NCBI GenBank assembly: GCA_964440805.1
Contig: CAYTTR010000005.1
Coordinates: forward strand, 19,847-83,846
Direction: 5' to 3'
Source of the DNA: an uncultured Eubacteriales bacterium
GTDB taxonomy: Bacteria; Acidobacteriota; Aminicenantia; Aminicenantales; Aminicenantaceae
Length of the DNA: 64,000 bases
Shown here: positions 28,859 through 37,347 of the stretch, piece after piece
Position numbering within the stretch: position 1 is the stretch's first letter
Layout: each line of letters starts with the position of its first letter
Position numbers and translations under genes: made by a program
The notes under the pieces: model-generated
The model's input: only the letters and a program-made list of their open reading frames with translations
Databases searched by the model: none
What the model was told of the DNA's origin: nothing

Positions 28859-31021
28859 ATGAAAAACATATTAAACCGATTTTCAATTGTTAGCTTAGCA
28901 GTCCTTATGATTTCCGGTTTTGCCTGGGTCGATGAGGGCATGTATCCTCTGAGTGAAATCCATAAACTGGATCTCCAAGCCAAAGGATTGAAACTCGAAA
29001 ACAGGGAAATTTTCAACCCAGACGGCTTGAGCCTTATTGATGGTATCTGCAATGTAGGCGGATGCTCGGGTTCTTTTGTCTCTGAGCAAGGATTAATATT
29101 GACCAACCACCATTGTGCTTTTCGAGCCATCCAGGCTGCCAGCACCAAAGAAAATGATTTGCTTGAAAAAGGATTCCTAGCTCAAAATCGTTCTAAGGAA
29201 ATCCCAGCTCCAGGATACACTGTAAGAATAACTGAATTCTACCAAGATGTATCCTCAGAAGTTCTTAGTGTCCTTCAACCTGATATGGATCTTGTTGCCA
29301 GAACCAAAACCATTGAGCAAAAAATAAAAGAAATAGAAAAAAGGGCCGAAGAAGAAAATCCCGGGATGAGGGCTGAAGTATCGGAAATGTTTATCGGGAA
29401 AACTTATGTTCTTTTTCTTTATACATTTTTGAAAGATATAAGACTGGTTTATGCTCCTCCTCAATCAATTGGGAATTTCGGCGGTGAAGTAGACAATTGG
29501 ATCTGGCCGAGGCATGCCGGCGATTTCTCTTTCATGCGGGCTTATGTGGCCTCAGATGGTTCTCCGGCTGAATATTCCCTGGAAAACATTCCCTACAAGC
29601 CAAAAAAAGTAATTAAAGTTGCGCCTCAAGGAGTTAACGAGGGAGATTTTATCTTTCTCTTGGGATATCCAGGCCGGACCTACCGTCATCGGACCTCTCA
29701 TTTTTTATCGTATGAAAAAGAAATCCGCATGCCTTTTGTGGTGGATCTTCACCAATGGCAGATAAACGTCATGGAGAAAATGGGACAGGAAGATAGAGCT
29801 GTCTCTCTTAAACACGAAACCAGAATAAAAGGTCTGGCTAATGTTATGAAAAATTACCGGGGGAAACTCCAGGGCATAGAACGCCTGGATCTGGTGGAGA
29901 AAAAAAAGGAGGAAGAAAAAGCACTGCAACAGTTCATCGAGGCTGACCAACAGAGACTTAAACAGTACGGAACTTTGCTTAAAGACATAGAAAAAATCTA
30001 CTTAGAAATAAAGGATAGAGCAGCTCAGGAACTCATCCTGGATAATCTTTTACGAAGTTCTATCTTGCTTAATACCGCTTATACTATCTATGAAGGAACC
30101 ATTGAGCGGCAGAAAGATGATATCTCAAGAGAAAGCGCCTTTATGGATCGAAATTGGCCCCGGACAAAAGAAAGGCTGTTAATTTCACTTGAGGACTATT
30201 ATGAGCCAACCGATAAAATTCTCCTGAAAGACCTGCTGTTAAGGACCGGCCGATTGCAGGAAGATAAAAGCATCCCTGCTGTACAAAAAATTGCGGGGAG
30301 CAAAGATCCTGAAAACGTCATTGAAGATTTCATTGAAAAAGCCTTTAAAGATTCAAAACTATCAAACATTGCTTTTGTCAAAGAAGCCCTGGACAAATCC
30401 TTGAATAAAATAATCAAATACAATGATCCCTTGCTTGATTTGGCTGCAGAGCTTTATCCCAGTTACCAGGAATTAAAGAAAATCCGGCAGGCCCGTCAAG
30501 GTGCTCTGGATCAACTTTATGCCAAGCTCGTTGATGTTAAAAAAGAATTTCTGGCCAAAGACTTCATCCCCGATGCCAACAGGACTCTCCGCTTGACCTA
30601 CGGCTATATCCGAGGTTACTCTCCCCGGGATGCTGTTTTTTACCATCCAATAACCACTGTCAAAGGGATTCTGGAAAAAACCACAGAAGAAACTCCTTTT
30701 GCTACTCCTCAAGAGCTTATTGATCTCATTGAAGCAGCTGATTTCGGTAGATTCGAACACCCCGGACTAAAAAGTGTTCCCGTTTGTATTCTTTATAATG
30801 CTGACACTACTGGCGGAAATTCAGGCAGCGCTGTCCTTAATGCCAAAGGTGAATTGGTGGGAATAAATTTCGACCGCGCTTTTGAAGCTACCATCAACGA
30901 TTATGCCTGGTCAGAAGATTACAGCCGGTCAATTGCCGTAGATATCCGATATGTCCTTTGGCTAACTCAAAACATCGGAAAAGCTAATCATCTGTTGGAA
31001 GAAATGGGTATTTATTTCTGA
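28859..31021 (+). CDS. S46 family dipeptidyl peptidase, DPP11-like (Asp/Glu-specific)
   Basis: DEGMY N-terminus, TNHHC, DNWIWPRH.GDFS, GYPG.T.R, DTTGGNSGS, and GINFDR (Arg at the S1 position). Confidence 0.92.
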   Translation: MKNILNRFSIVSLAVLMISGFAWVDEGMYPLSEIHKLDLQAKGLKLENREIFNPDGLSLIDGICNVGGCSGSFVSEQGLILTNHHCAFRAIQAASTKENDLLEKGFLAQNRSKEIPAPGYTVRITEFYQDVSSEVLSVLQPDMDLVARTKTIEQKIKEIEKRAEEENPGMRAEVSEMFIGKTYVLFLYTFLKDIRLVYAPPQSIGNFGGEVDNWIWPRHAGDFSFMRAYVASDGSPAEYSLENIPYKPKKVIKVAPQGVNEGDFIFLLGYPGRTYRHRTSHFLSYEKEIRMPFVVDLHQWQINVMEKMGQEDRAVSLKHETRIKGLANVMKNYRGKLQGIERLDLVEKKKEEEKALQQFIEADQQRLKQYGTLLKDIEKIYLEIKDRAAQELILDNLLRSSILLNTAYTIYEGTIERQKDDISRESAFMDRNWPRTKERLLISLEDYYEPTDKILLKDLLLRTGRLQEDKSIPAVQKIAGSKDPENVIEDFIEKAFKDSKLSNIAFVKEALDKSLNKIIKYNDPLLDLAAELYPSYQELKKIRQARQGALDQLYAKLVDVKKEFLAKDFIPDANRTLRLTYGYIRGYSPRDAVFYHPITTVKGILEKTTEETPFATPQELIDLIEAADFGRFEHPGLKSVPVCILYNADTTGGNSGSAVLNAKGELVGINFDRAFEATINDYAWSEDYSRSIAVDIRYVLWLTQNIGKANHLLEEMGIYF

Positions 31022-31052
31022 TTGATTAGATAAAAAAATATAAAAATATTGT

Positions 31053-33143
31053 TTATTTTTTGGCTTCCAGTTCTTCGATAATCTTCTTGATCTCTTTCTG
31101 CTCAGTGTTCAGGCGAAGGGAAGCTTTAAACACTTCCAATGCCTGCTTAATCTTACCTGTTTTTTGATAACAAATACCCAGACTGTTTAAAAGATTAGTA
31201 TCGCTGTCGTATATTTTATTTCCTTCTTGAAGTTGAATCAAAGCTTCATCATATCTATTTAGACCCATGAGAGCTCTCCCCTTAAGGAGAAAATACTGGA
31301 AGCGAAATTCAGCCTTATCTTTTATTCTTTCAATTAATTGCAGTACTTCCTCATATTTTTCATGCCGGAGACAGAAATCAGCATAGCCAAGAAGTCCTTG
31401 CCAATAATCCGGCTTTCCTTGAAGAGCTTTATTAAAGTAAAAATCAGCTGAATCTACTTCATTAAGTTTGTCATATTGAAAAGCCAAAATGTAATAATAA
31501 ATAAACGTATTAGAGAGAGAAAAAGTTTTTTTCAAGGAAATAGGGTGTGCCACTTCCGCCTGAGGAGAAAGGATAAAATTAATCTTTTTTTTATCAATAA
31601 TTTTTGAACCGTTTTCAATTAAATTAAGATCAAGTAGATAATAATCACTTTCCATCTCCTCAAGAGGAAGGTTCCGGAATAGATGACAAACATCACCAAA
31701 TGGAACCTGGCTCAGAGGAGCTGAAAATATTTTATTTCTCTCCTCACCGGATTCCCTTGTTCCGGTTAAAATAATCTCTGCCTTTCCTTTTTCTCTAAGT
31801 GCTTCCGACACACCAATAATATTCAGGTAAAGAACAAGTTCATCATTTTTAGAAAAAACGTTTTTAGGATCAATGGCGATTGTTTTCCTTCCTACTTTAT
31901 AAGGAAAATGGGAGTCGCTCATGTCATCTTCCAATTTATAACCCAGGAGAGTTCCCAAAATTCGAGCTTGACTTGTCTCTTCTGCTCTTCCAGGAACAAC
32001 AATTTCAGTTTCAAAAACACTGAATTCTTTGGCTACTGAATTCTGGATAAGGAGATTCATGGTGAACTGACCTTCAGGAACAGGCAAAGTATCCTGAATG
32101 GCTAATCCTGAGGTTCTTACTTCAGGAACTCTATCCTGACTGAAATAAAAAGGATATTCCTTGGAATACTGATAGATTATATTTTTTCCTTTTTTTAAAC
32201 TGGCGGTAAGAGTATAGTTGCAGTAGTATTGATCATTAGATTCATAGTAATCAATAGAAATCTCTTGAGGAACTATGGAGAAATGGACAAAATTCATTTC
32301 CAGGGATGGCTCATTAATAACACTTACATCGGCTATACATTCAATAAAATTGGTTAGATATTCAGTGCTCACATAGCCTTTATACTCAAGGAAATGAGTT
32401 GCATAGGTTGTTTTAACCTCTTTAGCCGGCAATTCCTCGATTTGAGCCAGCAATATATTGGACCTTAGGGAGGGACTATAATTATAAGGAATTTCTCCAG
32501 GAATACTGGAAAGGGCTACTCGAGCCAGGTCCGGAGCCAACTGCTTGATTTTTTCAAATTGAAGGCGGTAATCAGTAGGATCTACTCCTTCCGGATGACG
32601 CATCAAAGAAGCCGGGCCATCTGATACTGGATTGTAAAGTTTATATTCTCCACCTCTTCTTTGAGTGAAGACAAGAGCAAAATAGGTAGGCAACCCCAGT
32701 CTTTTATCCCCATAGTAATACCAAACCTGGGTGGGCAGAACATCCCTGACATTATCAAAACGGTCAATACTACTGGGAGGGCCAAGAATAATATAATATT
32801 TTCCCATATCAGTCATCCATCCTGGCCTGGTGGTGCTCCGTCCGTAATAGGTATTGGCATGATTGAAACGCCGTATATGCTCCTGTTTATACTCATTCTG
32901 AGGAGTGCCTTTAGTAGGGTCTCTCTGCTTCCAAAAAGCTTCCATAAAAATATCTCTTTCCCGGTCTGCCCTGAGATTCATAAAAACCTCTCGTTCTTCA
33001 GGCGTGACGATGTAGTGGACTAAGTCAAGCCACTGCTGGTATTTTGGAGCCAGTTCGGGGGAAGATTTTTCCTGAGAAAAAGAGATAAGAGTCTGGACAA
33101 AAATCAGTAAAAGAAAAAACATCATTATATATTTCTTTTTCAT
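31053..33143 (-). CDS. GWxTD domain protein with C-terminal TPR repeats
   Basis: Signal peptide; W...V.YI....ER..F...FWKQRDP...NEYK.EH.RR...PGWMTDMG..YI.LGPP; TPR helices in the last ~140 aa. Confidence 0.9.
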   Translation of the reverse strand: MKKKYIMMFFLLLIFVQTLISFSQEKSSPELAPKYQQWLDLVHYIVTPEEREVFMNLRADRERDIFMEAFWKQRDPTKGTPQNEYKQEHIRRFNHANTYYGRSTTRPGWMTDMGKYYIILGPPSSIDRFDNVRDVLPTQVWYYYGDKRLGLPTYFALVFTQRRGGEYKLYNPVSDGPASLMRHPEGVDPTDYRLQFEKIKQLAPDLARVALSSIPGEIPYNYSPSLRSNILLAQIEELPAKEVKTTYATHFLEYKGYVSTEYLTNFIECIADVSVINEPSLEMNFVHFSIVPQEISIDYYESNDQYYCNYTLTASLKKGKNIIYQYSKEYPFYFSQDRVPEVRTSGLAIQDTLPVPEGQFTMNLLIQNSVAKEFSVFETEIVVPGRAEETSQARILGTLLGYKLEDDMSDSHFPYKVGRKTIAIDPKNVFSKNDELVLYLNIIGVSEALREKGKAEIILTGTRESGEERNKIFSAPLSQVPFGDVCHLFRNLPLEEMESDYYLLDLNLIENGSKIIDKKKINFILSPQAEVAHPISLKKTFSLSNTFIYYYILAFQYDKLNEVDSADFYFNKALQGKPDYWQGLLGYADFCLRHEKYEEVLQLIERIKDKAEFRFQYFLLKGRALMGLNRYDEALIQLQEGNKIYDSDTNLLNSLGICYQKTGKIKQALEVFKASLRLNTEQKEIKKIIEELEAKK

Positions 33144-33164
33144 TTTATCTTCCTTAAGAAAAAG

Positions 33165-34088
33165 TTATATTTCCATTTTCTTAATTTGTCTGAATTTGGC
33201 TATTCCACTGGAATCACTGATTTTCACATCGAAGTAATGCTTTCCTGGATTAAGTTCAACAGGGAAGGAAGAAATGATATCTTCTTCTCTTTTAAGAAAT
33301 TCCTTATCCAAAGAAAAATATTTCTCCCGGGAAAACTGTTTTACTTTTTGCCCGTTTTGGTCATAGATATAGATTTCAAAAAGTAAGGAAACTTCAAAAC
33401 GGTCCTTGTCTTCCTCAAAATAAAGTATAGTTAATGGTATTTGAATGAATAATTCTTTTTTTTTATGGTCATAATTCATCCTAATTTCAGACGAAGCCTT
33501 ATCCAGATGTGCCTGGTCCCTCTGGAGAAGACCAAATTTAGCCCGGTTAATGGCATTTAACAACCGCAGGGAATGATATCTGTCTATTCTCATTTCATAA
33601 GTCCCATTCCCCAAACGGTCTTCAAAGATTACTCCTGTTCGGTATTTATAATAAACCCAGGTGATTCGGGCTTTTACACTGGGACTATTTATAAAAGGCT
33701 GTTGATATGTCTGGTCAGGAGGTCCTAAATACATATATATTCTTCCCCGGTCCGTTTTCCAACCAGGTATTCCTTCACTTTGAAAATGGGTATTAACAAA
33801 ATCAAGTCTTTTCTCAAATTCAATCTTGAATTCATTGACTTCCGTGCTCAGATCAGGGTCTCTTTTTGCCCAAAATTCATCCAGAAATTCCTTCTTGTCC
33901 TGCTTGTTTTGAAGTTTGTTGTAGATTTCTCTTTCCAGGCTGGTCATTACCAGTTGAACTGCCTGCCCCAGTCCTTCCAGGTCAGGTTCGAGATGGATAC
34001 TTCTTTTCAAACAGCCGCTCGATACCAGAAACAGCATAAACAGAACCAAACAACCAGAAAAAATAATGTTTTTTGGATTTATTTTCAT
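33165..34088 (-). CDS. GWxTD domain lipoprotein
   Basis: Lipobox VSSG-C; FWAKRDPD...NEFK.EF..R...PGWKTDRGRIYMYLGPP; ATGA overlap with the upstream gene. Confidence 0.88.
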   Translation of the reverse strand: MKINPKNIIFSGCLVLFMLFLVSSGCLKRSIHLEPDLEGLGQAVQLVMTSLEREIYNKLQNKQDKKEFLDEFWAKRDPDLSTEVNEFKIEFEKRLDFVNTHFQSEGIPGWKTDRGRIYMYLGPPDQTYQQPFINSPSVKARITWVYYKYRTGVIFEDRLGNGTYEMRIDRYHSLRLLNAINRAKFGLLQRDQAHLDKASSEIRMNYDHKKKELFIQIPLTILYFEEDKDRFEVSLLFEIYIYDQNGQKVKQFSREKYFSLDKEFLKREEDIISSFPVELNPGKHYFDVKISDSSGIAKFRQIKKMEI

Positions 34089-36196
34089 TTTTCCTTGCAT
34101 TTCTGGATGAACTGGTCAAGTTGTTTTTTTTCTGCCATTGGAAGCCGCTCATAATGATAATTCTTGTACTGTTGAAAGTATTTTAGAGATTTTTCTTTTT
34201 TTCCCAATTCAAGATAAGTTAATCCCAGATTGTAGAGGGGAAAAGAAAAAGTGGGTTCTATTTCCAGCGATTTTTTCCATAAAGATATAGCCTCTTCAAT
34301 TTTTCCTGCCTTTTTGTAGGTTCCTCCAAGGCCATTGTAAGCCGAGGCAAGGCGAGGATCCAACCGGATTGCTTTCTTAAAATTTTCTTCAGCTAATACA
34401 TAAGCATTTTTATCTTGATTACTCAGGTATACAGCTAAATAAATATTTCCAATGTTATTATAAGCCAGAGCATAATCTTCATCCAGAGAGATGGCTTTAT
34501 TATATGCATCCAGGGCTAATTTGAATTTAGATGACAAATAATAAGCAATTCCCAGATAATTCCAGTATTCAGGATTAAAATCTTCTCTTTCCGTGCATTG
34601 AACAAGTAAAGGTATCGCTTCTTCAGCTTGTCCAACTTCTGTCATCAGAAATCCCAGTTTGGAGAGAAGATTGACATTGTATTTATTATGTCTTAGTCCT
34701 TCCCTGAGAATGGGAATTGCTTCCTTTGTCCGTCCTGTCTCATGTAAAATTGTGGCCAGATTATTATAAGCCATGACAAAAGCGGGGCTTTCTGAAATCA
34801 CTTCTTCCAACAAGGAAACAGCTCTTCCGGTTTTTCCTTCTCTATGTGAAGCTACTGCATTCATCATTTTGTTTTGAAGCGGGAGAAGTGTTTTTAGGTC
34901 ATCCTTTTCAGTAAACGATGATTTCCTCGCCTGACTTCCGGCCGAAACATAACCTAATGCTCTCAATTTAGCCCGAGTATGACTGTCAATGGTTTTCTTT
35001 CTTTCAGTTATTTCTTTATTTTTTAAAAGCTCCTTAAGTTCACTGAGCTCCTTTTGAAACCTAGCCAGATCAACCTTGTCGGCCAGATTTCTCATCTCTT
35101 CCATGTCTTTTTCCAGGTCATAGACTTCCTGGAGAGGAAGATTAATATACTTTAAATTTTCTTTTATGAATCCAGTAAGCGGAGCCCAGCCCCTGTTAAG
35201 ATAGGGGCTCATGGATTCAAAATAAATGGCTGGCTGTTTCCGCTTCTTTCCCTGGATTAAAGGAACAAGTGATTCTCCCTGAATATGTCCGGGGACAGTG
35301 TAACCGAGGAGTTCACATATGGTAGGAAAAATATCCACATGGCAGACATTTTCACTTACCCGCCGGGAAGAAAGACCGGGAACATAAAAAACAAGCGGTA
35401 CATGAATGGTACTATTATAGGCAAAATAAGAATGGGTTTTTTCTCCATGATCTCCCAGTCCCTCTCCATGGTCAGCGGTCAAGACAACAATGGTTTTTTC
35501 AAAAGAGCCGGATTTTTTTAAAAATTCAAACAAGCGACTCAGTTGAGCATCCACATAAGCCACTTCACCGGAATATAAATCATAAGGATATTTCTGGGCA
35601 AATTCTGGAGAAGGCAAATAAGGCTGGTGGGGATCGAAAAGATGAACCCAAGCAAACCACAATCCTCCCTGTTTTTCAAGCCATCGTAGGGCAGGGTTGA
35701 TTACATCCTCAGCTTTTCTTTCAACATAGAAGAACTCAAGCGGGCTTTTAGTACCGTAGTGGTCATCATAGACATCAAATCCCTGGTCCAATCCAAACCT
35801 GGAATCAACCGGAAAAGCACCCACAAAGGCTCCGGTAGAATATCCTTGGGATTTAAGATGCTCTGCTATGGTCAAAAAGCGCTCTTCCAGTTTATATCCG
35901 GCATTATCGCTAATTCCATGAAAAAGAGGAGTTGTGCCCGTGAGAATATTCACATGAGAAGCAAGAGTAAGAGGATTATGGGCGAAAGCCCTGGTAAAAA
36001 GGATCCCTTCTGAAGCCAATTCATCTATATGAGGAGTCTGAACATATTCTTCTGAATAAGCACTAACCCGGTCGACCCGGAGCGTATCAATAGTGATGAG
36101 AAGAACGTTTTTTTCTTTTTCCTTAGGCAAAACCAAGGAAAAAAGCAGGAAATAAATAACTAAAAAAAGAAATAATCCCAGAAATCCTTTCTTCAT
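34085..36196 (-). CDS. Sulfatase-like (alkaline phosphatase superfamily) enzyme with C-terminal TPR repeats
   Basis: LLITIDTLR.D, PLTLASH..ILTG, HLFDPH.PY, ADHGE..G.HGE..H, LRALGY, then TPRs. Confidence 0.88.
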   Translation of the reverse strand: MKKGFLGLFLFLVIYFLLFSLVLPKEKEKNVLLITIDTLRVDRVSAYSEEYVQTPHIDELASEGILFTRAFAHNPLTLASHVNILTGTTPLFHGISDNAGYKLEERFLTIAEHLKSQGYSTGAFVGAFPVDSRFGLDQGFDVYDDHYGTKSPLEFFYVERKAEDVINPALRWLEKQGGLWFAWVHLFDPHQPYLPSPEFAQKYPYDLYSGEVAYVDAQLSRLFEFLKKSGSFEKTIVVLTADHGEGLGDHGEKTHSYFAYNSTIHVPLVFYVPGLSSRRVSENVCHVDIFPTICELLGYTVPGHIQGESLVPLIQGKKRKQPAIYFESMSPYLNRGWAPLTGFIKENLKYINLPLQEVYDLEKDMEEMRNLADKVDLARFQKELSELKELLKNKEITERKKTIDSHTRAKLRALGYVSAGSQARKSSFTEKDDLKTLLPLQNKMMNAVASHREGKTGRAVSLLEEVISESPAFVMAYNNLATILHETGRTKEAIPILREGLRHNKYNVNLLSKLGFLMTEVGQAEEAIPLLVQCTEREDFNPEYWNYLGIAYYLSSKFKLALDAYNKAISLDEDYALAYNNIGNIYLAVYLSNQDKNAYVLAEENFKKAIRLDPRLASAYNGLGGTYKKAGKIEEAISLWKKSLEIEPTFSFPLYNLGLTYLELGKKEKSLKYFQQYKNYHYERLPMAEKKQLDQFIQKCKEK

Positions 36197-36218
36197 TCCT
36201 AATCCCAATAGTGCATAT

Positions 36219-37145
36219 TTATAAATTTTTTCGGAGTACTTCTATAAGGGATTTCGCCGTGGAAGCATTCTCGGATTCTGGATTTAACTGAAGAAACTTT
36301 TCCAGGGCTTGAATAGCCTCCTGAGTCTGACCAGTTGAAACATAACTTAATCCCAACTGGTAAAAGGCATCGGCAAAAGTATCATCAATAGCTACTGCTC
36401 GTTCTAAATAGGCAATAGCCTTCTCCGGCTGGCTGTTATTGAAATAAAGCACCCCTATATTGTAAAGAGCCAGAATATCCTGAACTTTTTCCACCTCCAC
36501 TTTATTGTACCATTCAAAAGCCTTTTGGTCTTCTTTCAAGTTAATGTAAGAGTTTCCGATAAGAATACAGACTTCAGAATTTTCCTCCTCTTTCTTTAAA
36601 AGATTTCTATAATATTCAATGGCTTTTTCATACTCCCCCATGGTGAAATAAGTATTTCCGATGTTCTTATTAATAATATAGGCATCGGGATATTCCTGAA
36701 GAATGTCTTGGTAAGAGGAAATGGCTTCAGAATATTGTCCTTGGGCATAGAGATCGTTGGCATCTTCCACTTTTTTGACAATGTCTTCTGTTAAAGCCAG
36801 TCCTTCAATTTTTTTCATTTTTATTTCAATTTCCGGATTGCTCCTCATTTCAGATACGGTATAACTTATTTTTTTGGGCTCATAACCTGTTTTTAAAAAA
36901 TCTATATGCCACAGGCCTCCTCTGATCCAATTAGCTTTCCATTCCCCTTCTTTATCTGTTTTGACTTCAAAAGTGGAATTATCCTTGGTTGATAGAAGTT
37001 TTACAGTCACTCCTTCCAAAGGATTCCCCTCCATGTCTGTCACTACTCCTTTTAGCCTTCCTTTACCGCGGTAACTTTGAGAAAAAAGCATAACTCCCAG
37101 AATTATAAAGAAAATTATAAATCCGAATGTTAATAACTTCTTCAT
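36219..37145 (-). CDS. Carboxypeptidase-regulatory-like domain plus TPR protein
   Basis: Signal peptide; G.LKG.VTD..G.PL.GVTV...TDK.G.W...G.W...F.K.GY prealbumin-like fold pattern, followed by TPRs. Confidence 0.87.
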   Translation of the reverse strand: MKKLLTFGFIIFFIILGVMLFSQSYRGKGRLKGVVTDMEGNPLEGVTVKLLSTKDNSTFEVKTDKEGEWKANWIRGGLWHIDFLKTGYEPKKISYTVSEMRSNPEIEIKMKKIEGLALTEDIVKKVEDANDLYAQGQYSEAISSYQDILQEYPDAYIINKNIGNTYFTMGEYEKAIEYYRNLLKKEEENSEVCILIGNSYINLKEDQKAFEWYNKVEVEKVQDILALYNIGVLYFNNSQPEKAIAYLERAVAIDDTFADAFYQLGLSYVSTGQTQEAIQALEKFLQLNPESENASTAKSLIEVLRKNL

Positions 37146-37178
37146 CAACAACTCCTTTTAGTGAAATAGTACTTGTTA

Positions 37179-37187
37179 ATTATAGCA
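37179..37187 (-). promoter_or_regulatory. Extended -10 sigma70 promoter for the TPR/sulfatase/GWxTD genes
   Basis: TGCTATAAT on the minus strand about 34 bp upstream of ATG 37145, downstream of the receptor terminator. Confidence 0.55.
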
Positions 37188-37294
37188 TGTATCATATGGC
37201 TTAAGCATCTTGATTAAAGAGTTGAACTAAAATTTAACCGCAAGTTAAGTTGAATGATTGAGCCGCTTGCCTTGGAATAAATTAATCATTTGAT

Positions 37295-37334
37295 AAAAAA
37301 AGGAGCCCTCACCGTAAAAGTGAGGGCTCCTTTT
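37295..37334 (-). terminator. Rho-independent terminator after the TonB-dependent receptor
   Basis: Perfect stem AAAAGGAGCCCTCAC / GTGAGGGCTCCTTTT with a 7 nt loop and a 7 nt U-run on the minus strand. Confidence 0.9.
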
Positions 37335-37347
37335 AAATCGGGCTAAT

